Notes under the pieces: generated by a model
Database searches by the model: none
What the model was told of the DNA's origin: nothing
Seen by the model: the letters and a program-made list of their open reading frames with translations, nothing else
Assembly (NCBI GenBank): GCA_963845205.1
Contig: CAWJRC010000004.1
Span: forward strand, 105,040 to 169,039
Source of the DNA: an uncultured archaeon
GTDB taxonomy: Archaea > Nanobdellota > Nanobdellia > Pacearchaeales > GW2011-AR1
Direction: 5' to 3'
Length of the DNA: 64,000 nt
Program-made: the position numbers and the translations under genes
In this document: positions 19,730 through 28,907 of the stretch, in pieces
Position numbering within the stretch: the stretch's first letter is position 1
Layout: each line of letters opens with the position of its first letter

Positions 19730-19909
19730 ATGGGTCTTTACGAAAAGATTAGAAAAGATTTTCCGGATAGGAAGGAAAGAGAAAGATTTTTACGCAGGCC
19801 ATCAGGAAGAATGTATCTTTCAGGGTTGTTATTGAACGAGATTAATAAAACTTTTAATAAATTCGAGAAGAATTTAGAGAAGTATCTAGATAAGAATTTT
19901 AGTTGTTAA
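19730..19909 (+). CDS. Small hypothetical protein, 59 aa (not in ORF track)
   Basis: MGLYEKIRKDFPDRKERERFLRRPSGRMYLSG...; TTTTAAA box upstream. Confidence 0.45.
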   Translation: MGLYEKIRKDFPDRKERERFLRRPSGRMYLSGLLLNEINKTFNKFEKNLEKYLDKNFSC

Positions 19910-19912
19910 GAA

Positions 19913-20032
19913 TTATTTGTTTTTTATTCTGTTAACTTCCCTGAAATATTGCTGGGCAGTTATTTTATTGCTCATCCAAAGATCATAGTTCTGACTTAAT
20001 TCAATTTCATCGGAGTTATTTTTGTTTTCCAT
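19913..20032 (-). CDS. Small hypothetical protein, 39 aa (not in ORF track)
   Basis: MENKNNSDEIELSQNYDLWMSNKITAQQYFREVNRIKNK; TATATAAA box about 22 nt upstream. Confidence 0.35.
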   Translation of the reverse strand: MENKNNSDEIELSQNYDLWMSNKITAQQYFREVNRIKNK

Positions 20033-20105
20033 ATATATTGATGCACTCTCAAGTTTATATATTCTTGGTTTTGTAACTACTATCCGATTAATAATATTTC
20101 AGAAT

Positions 20106-20774
20106 TCATTCGAACAATTTCTTTTGTTCTGCAACAGCGCATGCGTCTTTCCACGTACTCCATGTTTTTCTGAAAATTCCCTTATCCTCGTGACTTTTTG
20201 AATGGGTTTCAAGAAATTTGTATGTTTTGGGATCGGAGCAATATCCAGAACCTATTTCGCTTCCGAATTTTTCCTTTAATTTTTCCATTTCTTTTTCTCT
20301 TACACATTTCGCAAGAATTGAAGCTGCAGAAACAGCAGGATAGTTCACATCGGCCTTGTGTTCGCAGACAATTTCAAGATTGGATAGATTATTAATTTTG
20401 GTTTTCAAGAAATCTTTCCATTTTTCTATGCTAACAGAAGGGCAGTCAATTATTACTTTTATTTTTCCAAAACCCTTATTTATTTTATTTATTATCTCTG
20501 CCATTTTAACTGCTTCAAGAGCATTTAAGTTTATTCCGTCATGATTTTTACCATCAATTTCTTCGGGATAAGCAAGGACAGTTTCAAAAGTTTCCGCTGC
20601 CTCTTTTATTTTCTCTGCCAGATCTTCCCTTCTTTTCTGAGTTAATTGTTTTGAATCTTTAACACCAATTCTTTTGAATTTTCTTTCTGTTTCCTCGTCA
20701 ATTAAACATCCTGCCAGAACCATAGGACCTATAACCGGTCCTCTTCCTGCGTCATCTATTCCCAAAATTAACAT
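20106..20774 (-). CDS. rnhB: Ribonuclease HII
   Basis: GIDDAGRGPVIGPM, VKDSKQL, VSAASILAK. Confidence 0.96.
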   Translation of the reverse strand: MLILGIDDAGRGPVIGPMVLAGCLIDEETERKFKRIGVKDSKQLTQKRREDLAEKIKEAAETFETVLAYPEEIDGKNHDGINLNALEAVKMAEIINKINKGFGKIKVIIDCPSVSIEKWKDFLKTKINNLSNLEIVCEHKADVNYPAVSAASILAKCVREKEMEKLKEKFGSEIGSGYCSDPKTYKFLETHSKSHEDKGIFRKTWSTWKDACAVAEQKKLFE

Positions 20775-20869
20775 TAGAAATTTAAATCGTAAGTATTTTT
20801 AAGGATTGCTGTGATATTCAAGGAGACAATTAGTTAGTTTTAAAAGCAATTAGATTTTAGATTTTATAT

Positions 20870-20945
20870 AGCGGGGTGGAGCAGCCTGGAGTGCTCGTCG
20901 GGCCCATAACCCGAAGGTCGTGTGGTTCAAATCCCACCCCCGCTA
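20870..20945 (+). tRNA. tRNA-Met(CAT), initiator type
   Basis: A1-U72 acceptor AGCGGGG/CCCCGCT; three G-C pairs in anticodon stem TCGGG/CCCGA; anticodon CAT. Confidence 0.95.
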
Positions 20946-20995
20946 CTATTCTTCAAATAATAATGTTTAAAAGTAATTAACTCTTCATTGTAATA

Positions 20996-22054
20996 ATGAA
21001 AGGGGGGACGTATGTTTTGTTAATTACCTTATTGGTAATCTTATTAATTGGAGGAGTATTTTTCTTTAGTTCTGGGAATACACAAAATATAATTTGGCCG
21101 GCAGGAGGATCTTTTAATACTAGCGGCAATGTCCTTATCACGGATCAATATAACAATAGGGTTATTGAAATCAATCCAGTTAACAATGAAATTGCATGGA
21201 GTTTTGGATCAGGAAATTCAAGTCTTTGCAATCCAGGACCAGACTCGGTAATTGGCCCAAATTGGGCTGAGAGATTGCCAAATGGACTTACGGTCATAGC
21301 GGGGACAGGAATTCCACAAGGTTCAGATCCTGCAATGCCAAATGGCTGTGCAGATAATAGAGTAATTGTTGTAGACAGAATTGGAAACATTGTATGGCAA
21401 TATGGACAAGCGAATGTAAGCGGCTCTGGCCCAAATGAGTTAAACACTCCTGTTTCAGTAATTCAATTACCAAACAGCGATTATCTTATTACAGATCAGG
21501 GGAATAACAGGATTATAGAAGTTAATAGTAATAAAAGCATTGTATGGTCTTATGGACCTTCTTCTGGAAATGGAGCCTTGAATAGTCCAAATAGCGCAGA
21601 GTTGTTAAGTAACGGCAATATACTTATTGCAGATGAGAATAATAACAGAATCATCGAAATTAACAAGTCGGGAAGCATAGTATGGGGATATAATACAAGT
21701 ATACAAGCTGCAGCATTTGCGAGCAGATTAACAAATGGAGATACTTTGATTACAGATTCAGGAAATGCGAGAATCTTTGAGGTTACCCCGCTTGGCAAGA
21801 TAGTTTTCCAATATTTTACTAATAATGTAACAGGTAGCAATTCAAATCCTCTTCCTACAAATGCGGTAATGTTCGGAGATGGGAATATAATGATTGCTGA
21901 CCAACTTAATAATAGGGTATTTGCAATAAATTCAACAGGTCAAAACATTTGGCAATATGGAATGACGAATGTATCCGGAAATGGACCAGATCAATTAAAT
22001 GGACCGTATACTGTCTTTGTAATTGGGGATTATACTGGCCAAACAGCACCTTAA
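20996..22054 (+). CDS. Membrane-anchored beta-propeller protein (NHL/PQQ-like repeats)
   Basis: Repeated LPNG/LSNG-xLIxD-NNR(V/I)IE-IVWxYG units; N-terminal TM. Confidence 0.85.
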   Translation: MKGGTYVLLITLLVILLIGGVFFFSSGNTQNIIWPAGGSFNTSGNVLITDQYNNRVIEINPVNNEIAWSFGSGNSSLCNPGPDSVIGPNWAERLPNGLTVIAGTGIPQGSDPAMPNGCADNRVIVVDRIGNIVWQYGQANVSGSGPNELNTPVSVIQLPNSDYLITDQGNNRIIEVNSNKSIVWSYGPSSGNGALNSPNSAELLSNGNILIADENNNRIIEINKSGSIVWGYNTSIQAAAFASRLTNGDTLITDSGNARIFEVTPLGKIVFQYFTNNVTGSNSNPLPTNAVMFGDGNIMIADQLNNRVFAINSTGQNIWQYGMTNVSGNGPDQLNGPYTVFVIGDYTGQTAP

Positions 22055-22115
22055 TTTTTCAATATTGAAATTTTTGACATAAATATTTTTAAAGTTTTTT
22101 TCTAACCATAAAGAG

Positions 22116-22931
22116 ATGATAAATTCTGCCGAACAAATTCCAACAATTATAGATAAACAGATTCATGCAGAGGAATTGAAATTGAGGATTTTAATGACTA
22201 ATGGTTGTAATCAAAAATGTTCTTTTTGTTTAAATGATTTTCAACCAAAGCCTGAAAATGGAAAAATGCAATTTCTTGATTTTAATATAGCAAAAACTGC
22301 AATAAAGCAATATGCTAATTCCTTTGAGGGGAAATATCCACTACAGGTTTATTTTAGCGGGGGAGAACCAACCCTGCATCCTGATTTAATTAGCTTAATA
22401 AAATTTGCAAAATCTTTTAATTGCAGAGTAACATTAAACACAAACGGAAGGTTCCCAAATTATTTAGAATCAAAATTAGTATCATTTTCTGATGTGATAC
22501 ATTTTGGAACATACAAAAAAAGCACTGAACATGCTGAAAAAGTTAGCAGAATGAAGGGGCTTATTCAATGCATTTACCCTTATATGGATGAATCTTTCAT
22601 AGAATTTTATTCTTCATATGATTTGCCTATAAAAGTATTCAGAGATTTTTATAGTATTCCTGATGAATATCCTGCCTTTGCCAAAGAAATGAAAAAAAAA
22701 TTTCCCAATGCTGACCTATCTTTCAGACATACAGGAATCCAGGAAAACCGCGGACCAGGATGCGATGGATGCAAAAAAACATGCGTTACATTAAAGGCTG
22801 CATGGATATTTCCTGATGGAGGTTCATCTCCCTGCCCCCAATTTTATAAACATCAGGAAGATTATCCGAAAAATCCCGAAGAATGGTCAAAATATTTTAA
22901 GGAAGTAGAATCCTTTCACAAAATAAATTAA
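22116..22931 (+). CDS. Radical SAM enzyme, MoaA-like with C-terminal Cys cluster
   Basis: CNQKCSFC, SGGEP, TNG, C-terminal CDGCKKTC...PDG...PC. Confidence 0.88.
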   Translation: MINSAEQIPTIIDKQIHAEELKLRILMTNGCNQKCSFCLNDFQPKPENGKMQFLDFNIAKTAIKQYANSFEGKYPLQVYFSGGEPTLHPDLISLIKFAKSFNCRVTLNTNGRFPNYLESKLVSFSDVIHFGTYKKSTEHAEKVSRMKGLIQCIYPYMDESFIEFYSSYDLPIKVFRDFYSIPDEYPAFAKEMKKKFPNADLSFRHTGIQENRGPGCDGCKKTCVTLKAAWIFPDGGSSPCPQFYKHQEDYPKNPEEWSKYFKEVESFHKIN

Positions 22932-22963
22932 GATAGTAACCCGTTCAAGAGGAAAATTTTTGT

Positions 22964-23527
22964 TTAATACTTTTTCAATGCGCTTTTTTCAATTCTCAGA
23001 AGGAATATAGTTCCTATTAAAGATAAAATTCCAGCGAATATAAAAACAAGAGTAAAACTTGTTACTTCTACAAGCCATGCTCCAAGAACCGCGGTAACCG
23101 CTGATCCTGCGGTTATAGCAGCGTTATATAATGACCACTGAAATCCTTTTTGTCCCTTCTCAGAATATGAAACCCAAAAACTATTCCATGCAGGATAATC
23201 CATGCTTGCACCTATTCCATAAGCAAATTGCACAATAAGAAGGGTCCAAACATTTGTCGATAATAAATATCCAAAGGGAACCAATGCTATAATAAAAGAC
23301 CCCCAATGCAAAAGCCATAACCTATCTTTTGGATTAAATACCCAGGAGAAAAAAAGCGAAAAAATTGAACGTGTAAGTAACAAGACTGTTGTTGCCAAGC
23401 CTGCAAAAAAAATGCTACCTCCAATTAAATTATTATTGATATAAATAGAAAGTATTGATGAGACAAGACTGAACCCACTTAGTATAAAAAAGTCCGAGTA
23501 GGACAGCATCCTTAATACTTTGTTCAT
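22964..23527 (-). CDS. Half-size (6 TM) MFS-type transporter
   Basis: Six TM helices; QFAYGIGASMDYPAW and KGFQWSLY MFS-like motifs. Confidence 0.75.
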   Translation of the reverse strand: MNKVLRMLSYSDFFILSGFSLVSSILSIYINNNLIGGSIFFAGLATTVLLLTRSIFSLFFSWVFNPKDRLWLLHWGSFIIALVPFGYLLSTNVWTLLIVQFAYGIGASMDYPAWNSFWVSYSEKGQKGFQWSLYNAAITAGSAVTAVLGAWLVEVTSFTLVFIFAGILSLIGTIFLLRIEKSALKKY

Positions 23528-23644
23528 TTTTTCCTCTTTTTCCCTCTTTTTATAATAAATGAAATGGATATTTAAATTTTTTCAGAAATGAGGCATAAAG
23601 AAATAATTAAAAAGATTTGAAGTTTATTTTTTCTGTAAAGAGAA

Positions 23645-24025
23645 ATGAGAATAATAAAACAAAAAATAATTTTAAAGGCCAGCCCTCACGAGTTGTATGA
23701 AGCAATTTTAGATCCAAAAATACATTCACAGTTTACAGGTGCGAAGGCAACAAATAACAGAAAGATTGGAGGGAAGTTTACTGCATATGACGGCTATGCA
23801 TTCGGTAAAAATGTAAAACTTGAAAAAGATAAAAAAATTGTCCAAAGTTGGTCAACAACAGATTTTCCAGACACATTTACAGAGATTACATTCCAGTTTA
23901 ATAAAAAAGGGAATAAAACAGAATTGATATTCATCCAGACAGGAGTTCCTGAAAAGAATTATAAAGAAATTTCAGATGGCTGGAAAGAGTTCTATTGGAA
24001 ACCGCTAAAAAAAATATTTGGATAA
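23645..24025 (+). CDS. SRPBCC/AHSA1-like protein
   Basis: ASPHELYEA, GGKFTAYDG, IVQSW, GWKEFYW. Confidence 0.88.
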   Translation: MRIIKQKIILKASPHELYEAILDPKIHSQFTGAKATNNRKIGGKFTAYDGYAFGKNVKLEKDKKIVQSWSTTDFPDTFTEITFQFNKKGNKTELIFIQTGVPEKNYKEISDGWKEFYWKPLKKIFG

Positions 24026-24046
24026 AGACAGAAATATTTATTCTGT

Positions 24047-24838
24047 TTATGAAGAGTAATTTAATTGTCCTCCGAAATCTTCAGGATGCTGGTCAATCAT
24101 TCCATGAGCCAACGTATCTGCATATGTTCCGACTTGAATATATGAGGTTTCTAATTTAACAAAATAAAGAGAGTAATTCTTTGTGTTAAAGGCATCTATA
24201 GTAGCTTTTACATCATTCATATGATCTGTTACCAATTGCAAGACTGTTTCAAAATCCAAGTCAGGAAAAGCATTTGCATTACTTGACCAAAATTCTGCAC
24301 ATGCAATTTCATATTTTTGCGCAGCAGCGCTGAATTGTGCATTCGCATTAGGGTTGTTGCTCTTTAAAGCAGCAGCATAATTAATGAAGATAGTGGTTTT
24401 ATTATTCCACAAACCAATAAACTGATTAGTAGCAGCCATCCCATATATGGGAATTAGAAGGGCCCCAATTTCATTTATATTATTTTTAAGTTGAGTCAGA
24501 GAAGCACTGTATTCTGCAGATGATCCTAAAGAACTACGCATGGTATCAATTAACAAGAAAGTATGCTCCTGCAGAAGATCATGCATTTTATTATCAAATA
24601 CATTTGCTTTATTTGTAGCAAGGGAAGTCAAATTACACTGCAAATTTTGATCTTCCAAACCGACATTAAGACTAGTGATCTGAGAGTTTAACGAGTTAGT
24701 TTTATATTGAAGGTTAATAAGAGAAAGACCAGCAAAAATCAAAACAGCTACCAAGATTATTGAGAATGTTATAAAAGTGATATGAAAAATTTTATCACTC
24801 CTTTGTTTTCTCTTTTCTGCGGTAGTTCTAGATGCCAT
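24047..24838 (-). CDS. Membrane-anchored helical-bundle protein, paralog 1
   Basis: N-terminal TM, coiled stalk, HDLLQEHTFLL...IYG...F..LWNNK domain; paralog of 45265-46054. Confidence 0.75.
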   Translation of the reverse strand: MASRTTAEKRKQRSDKIFHITFITFSIILVAVLIFAGLSLINLQYKTNSLNSQITSLNVGLEDQNLQCNLTSLATNKANVFDNKMHDLLQEHTFLLIDTMRSSLGSSAEYSASLTQLKNNINEIGALLIPIYGMAATNQFIGLWNNKTTIFINYAAALKSNNPNANAQFSAAAQKYEIACAEFWSSNANAFPDLDFETVLQLVTDHMNDVKATIDAFNTKNYSLYFVKLETSYIQVGTYADTLAHGMIDQHPEDFGGQLNYSS

Positions 24839-24929
24839 TCCCCTTTTTTATTGCAATATGTATTATGGAAAACATATTTATAAATATTATGACTATTGGT
24901 TTAGGATATAAATTAAATTAGAATAAATT

Positions 24930-25469
24930 TTAATTAGTAATTGTAAAATCAACTTCGCCTATAGTCTGGTTATTTAATGAAAATACTGCCCTGTAATTTC
25001 CATATCCTCCCCTTTGGACTAAAAGTTGAGTAAATGTATTTGATCCGTCTAGTACACCTGTTTCATATGTTGCTCCATCACGTGCAACTGTTATTTTATT
25101 TTCACCGACAAGTTTTCCTGAAGGACTGTAAATATCAAGCTTCTCTTGATCTCCAGTTTTATCAAAAGGATCGTAATCAACTAAAATTATAGGTTCACTA
25201 GCGCCAAAAACATTTTTCATTCCTACATAATCCTGAGGAAATATCTGGCTTCCATTAATATAATTGCAGGCAAAGAAATGTCTCTGGTTCATAGGTGAAG
25301 GTTGTTCAGGCTGATCAGAATCATCTTCTTCGACAGTATTTACTATAACAATATTAGTAGCTCTTACACCTTCATAATTACATCCAAATGTTCCTAATGC
25401 CAATGTACCAGCTAATCCGAGAGCTGCTACACCCTTTCCAACATTTTTGATTATTTTTTCCAATACCAT
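24930..25469 (-). CDS. Secreted Ig-like paralog family member 1 (lipobox-like)
   Basis: TFGC signal; FFACNY...YVGMKNVF...GGYGNYRAVF...GEVDFTITN shared with three other ORFs. Confidence 0.75.
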   Translation of the reverse strand: MVLEKIIKNVGKGVAALGLAGTLALGTFGCNYEGVRATNIVIVNTVEEDDSDQPEQPSPMNQRHFFACNYINGSQIFPQDYVGMKNVFGASEPIILVDYDPFDKTGDQEKLDIYSPSGKLVGENKITVARDGATYETGVLDGSNTFTQLLVQRGGYGNYRAVFSLNNQTIGEVDFTITN

Positions 25470-25533
25470 AAATAATCTATGGGAATGATATTTATAAATC
25501 TTTCCATTTGTTACTACTTATAAGAAACAAATA

Positions 25534-25614
25534 CGCCCACAGCAGGAATCGAACCTGCGAGCCCCGAAGGGCGCGGATTAGCAATCCGCTGCAATACCAC
25601 TATGCGATGTGGGC
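25534..25614 (-). tRNA. tRNA-Ser(GCT)
   Basis: GCCCACA/TGTGGGC acceptor, GCGGA-TTGCTAA-TCCGC anticodon arm, long variable arm GCCC-TTCG-GGGC. Confidence 0.96.
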
Positions 25615-25667
25615 ATAGTTTTAGTTATTTACAATCATATTTAAATTTGATTATTTAGAAACAGAAG

Positions 25668-26258
25668 TCATTTAACTGCAACAAAAATATCCCTGCCTTT
25701 CTCTTTTGCTTCATATAATGCATTATCGACTCTTTCCTGAAATTTTTTCTTTGTGTCATTTTTTTTGAACTGAGTAATTCCGCCGCTTACAGTTAATTTA
25801 TATTTCTTTAAGAAAGCGTCGTTATGAACTGCTCTTCTAAGCCTTGCTGAAAATTTTTTGGCTTTTTCAAGATTTGTTGCCGGAAGAAGCATCATAAACT
25901 CTTCCCCCCCAAATCTAGCAGCAACATCTGATTTTCTGATTTGAATTTTTATTATGTCTGCCAATTTTTCAAGCAACTCATCTGCTTTTATATGCCCGTA
26001 TTTGTCATTTATTTTCTTGAAAAAATCTATATCAATCATAACAAGGGAAAGCTTTTGATGTCCTCTTTTTGCTTTTTCAATTTCCATCTCCAAAAAAGTT
26101 TCAAAAAATTTGTTGTTGTATAATCCTGTCTTTTCGTCATGGATTGCAGCATCATAAAGCATCGAAACAGATTCGTTTATTGAAGCGAACAGATCCTGAA
26201 TCTTTTTTCTGAATCTTGGATCAAGAGCAGAAAGCTTATCACCCAACTTTTTATCCAT
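25668..26258 (-). CDS. Diguanylate cyclase (GGDEF domain)
   Basis: DEKTGLYN, DIDFFKKINDKYGH, I-site RKSD, ARFGGEEF, ALYEAKEKGRD. Confidence 0.93.
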   Translation of the reverse strand: MDKKLGDKLSALDPRFRKKIQDLFASINESVSMLYDAAIHDEKTGLYNNKFFETFLEMEIEKAKRGHQKLSLVMIDIDFFKKINDKYGHIKADELLEKLADIIKIQIRKSDVAARFGGEEFMMLLPATNLEKAKKFSARLRRAVHNDAFLKKYKLTVSGGITQFKKNDTKKKFQERVDNALYEAKEKGRDIFVAVK

Positions 26259-26292
26259 TAATAATAAAAGAAATCAAATTATTTAAAAGTAA

Positions 26293-27084
26293 TTATTTAG
26301 AAATTTCGCTCGTTCTTCTTTTCTGAATATAAAATTTATCCAAGACTCCCATTGCCTGTTGGCGCTGCTCTGAATTCCCAAGCCCTTTCCAGTCAATAAG
26401 AAGCATGTCAATGTCTTCTTCTGTACCTGCAATTGCTTCCTGAACCATTTCTTCGGTCAAAGGAAAAACATACTGCGAGATTATATGAGAAATCGCAACA
26501 TTCGAATCCATCTGGATCTTGTTAAAGCTCGGGCAGTAATGCGGACCTCCTATTCCTATAGCAATTTCATTGTAAGGATTTTCCTTGAATTCGTTCATGA
26601 TCTCATAAATTGATTTAGCAACAATGTAAGCTGCTTTCCTGTCTTTCCATTCTTTTTCTGTTGCTCCAATCTCAACAAAAATACACGGCTTGTTTATTAA
26701 AGGACCGTGATGAGTGCATTCCAAGGTCAGATCATAATTTTTCAGGTGAAATTTATCTATGTTAAATTTCAATTTTTCAAATAACTGTTTCTGAAACAAG
26801 GCAGATGTTTTGCAGACTCTGCCGCTCTGGCCCCCGAATTTCGCATCCCGAAAATTTCCAGGAGCATGAATAGATATTGTTTTACCTCCTTCTTTTGAAA
26901 CATGCCTTGAAGCAAAAATTATAAAATCATGGGGATTTATTTTTTCAAGGTTAAGATTTTCTGTGAAAACTATCTCATTTTCAACCAGATAAAAATTAAA
27001 ATCCCCGAACTGGCTTAACTGAGTTGTAATATTTATCCCGGCTGTGTCAAGCTTGCTAGCTACAATTAAAAAATTATGATACAT
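26293..27084 (-). CDS. dtdA: D-aminoacyl-tRNA deacylase (DTD2)
   Basis: FASRH, HAPGN, ECTHHGP, FVEIG, GIGGPHY. Confidence 0.93.
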   Translation of the reverse strand: MYHNFLIVASKLDTAGINITTQLSQFGDFNFYLVENEIVFTENLNLEKINPHDFIIFASRHVSKEGGKTISIHAPGNFRDAKFGGQSGRVCKTSALFQKQLFEKLKFNIDKFHLKNYDLTLECTHHGPLINKPCIFVEIGATEKEWKDRKAAYIVAKSIYEIMNEFKENPYNEIAIGIGGPHYCPSFNKIQMDSNVAISHIISQYVFPLTEEMVQEAIAGTEEDIDMLLIDWKGLGNSEQRQQAMGVLDKFYIQKRRTSEISK

Positions 27085-27132
27085 TAGATTACATAGCAGG
27101 AGAAGATTTTAAATTTTAATGTGATAGAAAAG

Positions 27133-27732
27133 TTACATTCCGAGCATTGCATCATATTTTGAGTAAACTTCTTTAATCAACTCGCCTGATTTTGGATTAG
27201 CCCAATCATGCATCCATTCTGAAGTTAGCTGGACTAATGTGCAAGGAATAACTCCTGCCTGCAGCATTCTTTTTACTCCATATCTATGAGCATCTGGAAC
27301 AGAATCACCTGCAGCATCTATTAGTCCGTAAACATCATATCCTTCTTTTATTAAATGAAGCGCTGTAAAGGCAAAACACATGCTTGTCCATAAACCAGAG
27401 ACAACTATTTTCTTCCGTTTTGCTTTTTTTATCGCATTGAATGTTCCATCATCTTCAAGAGCATCAAAGCTAGGCATTTTCCTTGCGAATACTTCCTGAT
27501 TTGGAAAAAGAGCTCTTATTTCAGGAATTACATCCCCGTTTAATTTAGGGTTTATTGAAGATAAAACAACAGGAATGTTCAAAATACTAGCTGTTTTTGC
27601 TGCACCGACAGCAGCCATTTTTATAATCGTTCGGTCTCCAGAACCAACTCCACGAAACATTGCCGGCTGATAGTCTACAAGTAACAAAAGGCTATTCTTG
27701 TCCGTAAGAAGATTTAATGTTGAATTTGCCAT
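27133..27732 (-). CDS. Isochorismatase-family (YcaC-like) hydrolase
   Basis: LLVDYQP, SGLWTSMC, DAAG. Confidence 0.88.
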   Translation of the reverse strand: MANSTLNLLTDKNSLLLLVDYQPAMFRGVGSGDRTIIKMAAVGAAKTASILNIPVVLSSINPKLNGDVIPEIRALFPNQEVFARKMPSFDALEDDGTFNAIKKAKRKKIVVSGLWTSMCFAFTALHLIKEGYDVYGLIDAAGDSVPDAHRYGVKRMLQAGVIPCTLVQLTSEWMHDWANPKSGELIKEVYSKYDAMLGM

Positions 27733-27844
27733 GCCTCTTTTAATAATTTATTTAGGAAAAAAGAATTTTTAAACATTTTGTTTTAAAAAAATTTATATAA
27801 GAAAGATAAGCAAGGTATATAAATCTAAAAAAAATAAATTCAAC

Positions 27845-28207
27845 ATGGAAAATTCAAAGACAGAAAAAATAATTGATTCACTGAAAAAACAGGGAAGATT
27901 CAGATTAATCGGAGAAGAGTGCTATTATAATATTGACTCCAAACAAAATTCAGAAGAATCTTCACATGTGTGCTATTACAATTTATCTTTTGATAAAAAG
28001 GATTTAGTTAATCTGATAGAATCACCCCTTTCTTCTAAGAATAAAAAGGGAAAAGACTATGTAAATGGAAAGTATATTATTGAGTATATAGTCTGGGAAG
28101 ATGCCTGTCCAATGAAGGAAGGCGAGCCTGAAACAAGTTATGCAGGAATAAGATTATCATTAAACTTAAACGAAAAGATTCCGGATTTTTCTGCTGAGTA
28201 CGTTTAG
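27845..28207 (+). CDS. Hypothetical protein
   Basis: 120 aa ORF with TATATAAA box upstream. Confidence 0.6.
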   Translation: MENSKTEKIIDSLKKQGRFRLIGEECYYNIDSKQNSEESSHVCYYNLSFDKKDLVNLIESPLSSKNKKGKDYVNGKYIIEYIVWEDACPMKEGEPETSYAGIRLSLNLNEKIPDFSAEYV

Positions 28208-28242
28208 ATTAAATATAAAAATCTGATTTACTGATTCTTTTT

Positions 28243-28479
28243 ATGGAGCAGATATATCAATTATTTATAGGAGTTATTGTCCTTGCTCTTGGAATTCCTA
28301 TAGGAAACATGCTTGCAGAATCAACAAAGGAAGAGCTTTGCAGATTAAGAAAATGGCTCAACCTGATGGTTGTATCCTGTCTTCTCGCGGCGCTTGTTTT
28401 TTTACTTGTAGGGAATGATGTAATTCTTTTCACTCTTTTGTTTATGGCCATCGTGATAAGCAGATGCATAAAAAAATAA
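28243..28479 (+). CDS. Small membrane protein (3 TM)
   Basis: LGIPIGNMLAESTKEEL followed by hydrophobic helices. Confidence 0.7.
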   Translation: MEQIYQLFIGVIVLALGIPIGNMLAESTKEELCRLRKWLNLMVVSCLLAALVFLLVGNDVILFTLLFMAIVISRCIKK

Positions 28480-28535
28480 CTCTATTGTGACTTTAAAGTA
28501 GTGATTAAAGAAAGATATTTAAAGAAAAGAGAGTT

Positions 28536-28889
28536 ATGCAATATATGAAAGTTGAAGAAATTGAAAAAGATTATAATGAATTAAGAAAAGAGATCAATTT
28601 TGAAGGCTATATAACCTGCAATGCAGAATCACTTGCGATAAAAGAAGGATTTCTTTCAAAAGACAAAAATTACTGGATTATAAAAACAGCAGCATTGCTG
28701 TGCAATAAAGGCGTAAAGGGAGCAAAAGAAATTATGGAATTAAAAAAATACGGTTCTCATGAGATTGCTGTAATTACAAACATAATAAAAGATGCCAGAA
28801 TAGAAAAACCAAAAACAAAAATTGAAAAAATTGTTATGGAAGCGATACATAAAAAACCTGAAACCAGCAGGGGATATAATTTTAAATAA
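28536..28889 (+). CDS. Hypothetical protein
   Basis: 117 aa ORF with TATA-like box. Confidence 0.6.
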   Translation: MQYMKVEEIEKDYNELRKEINFEGYITCNAESLAIKEGFLSKDKNYWIIKTAALLCNKGVKGAKEIMELKKYGSHEIAVITNIIKDARIEKPKTKIEKIVMEAIHKKPETSRGYNFK

Positions 28890-28907
28890 ATCTTTCTTAT
28901 CACTTTC

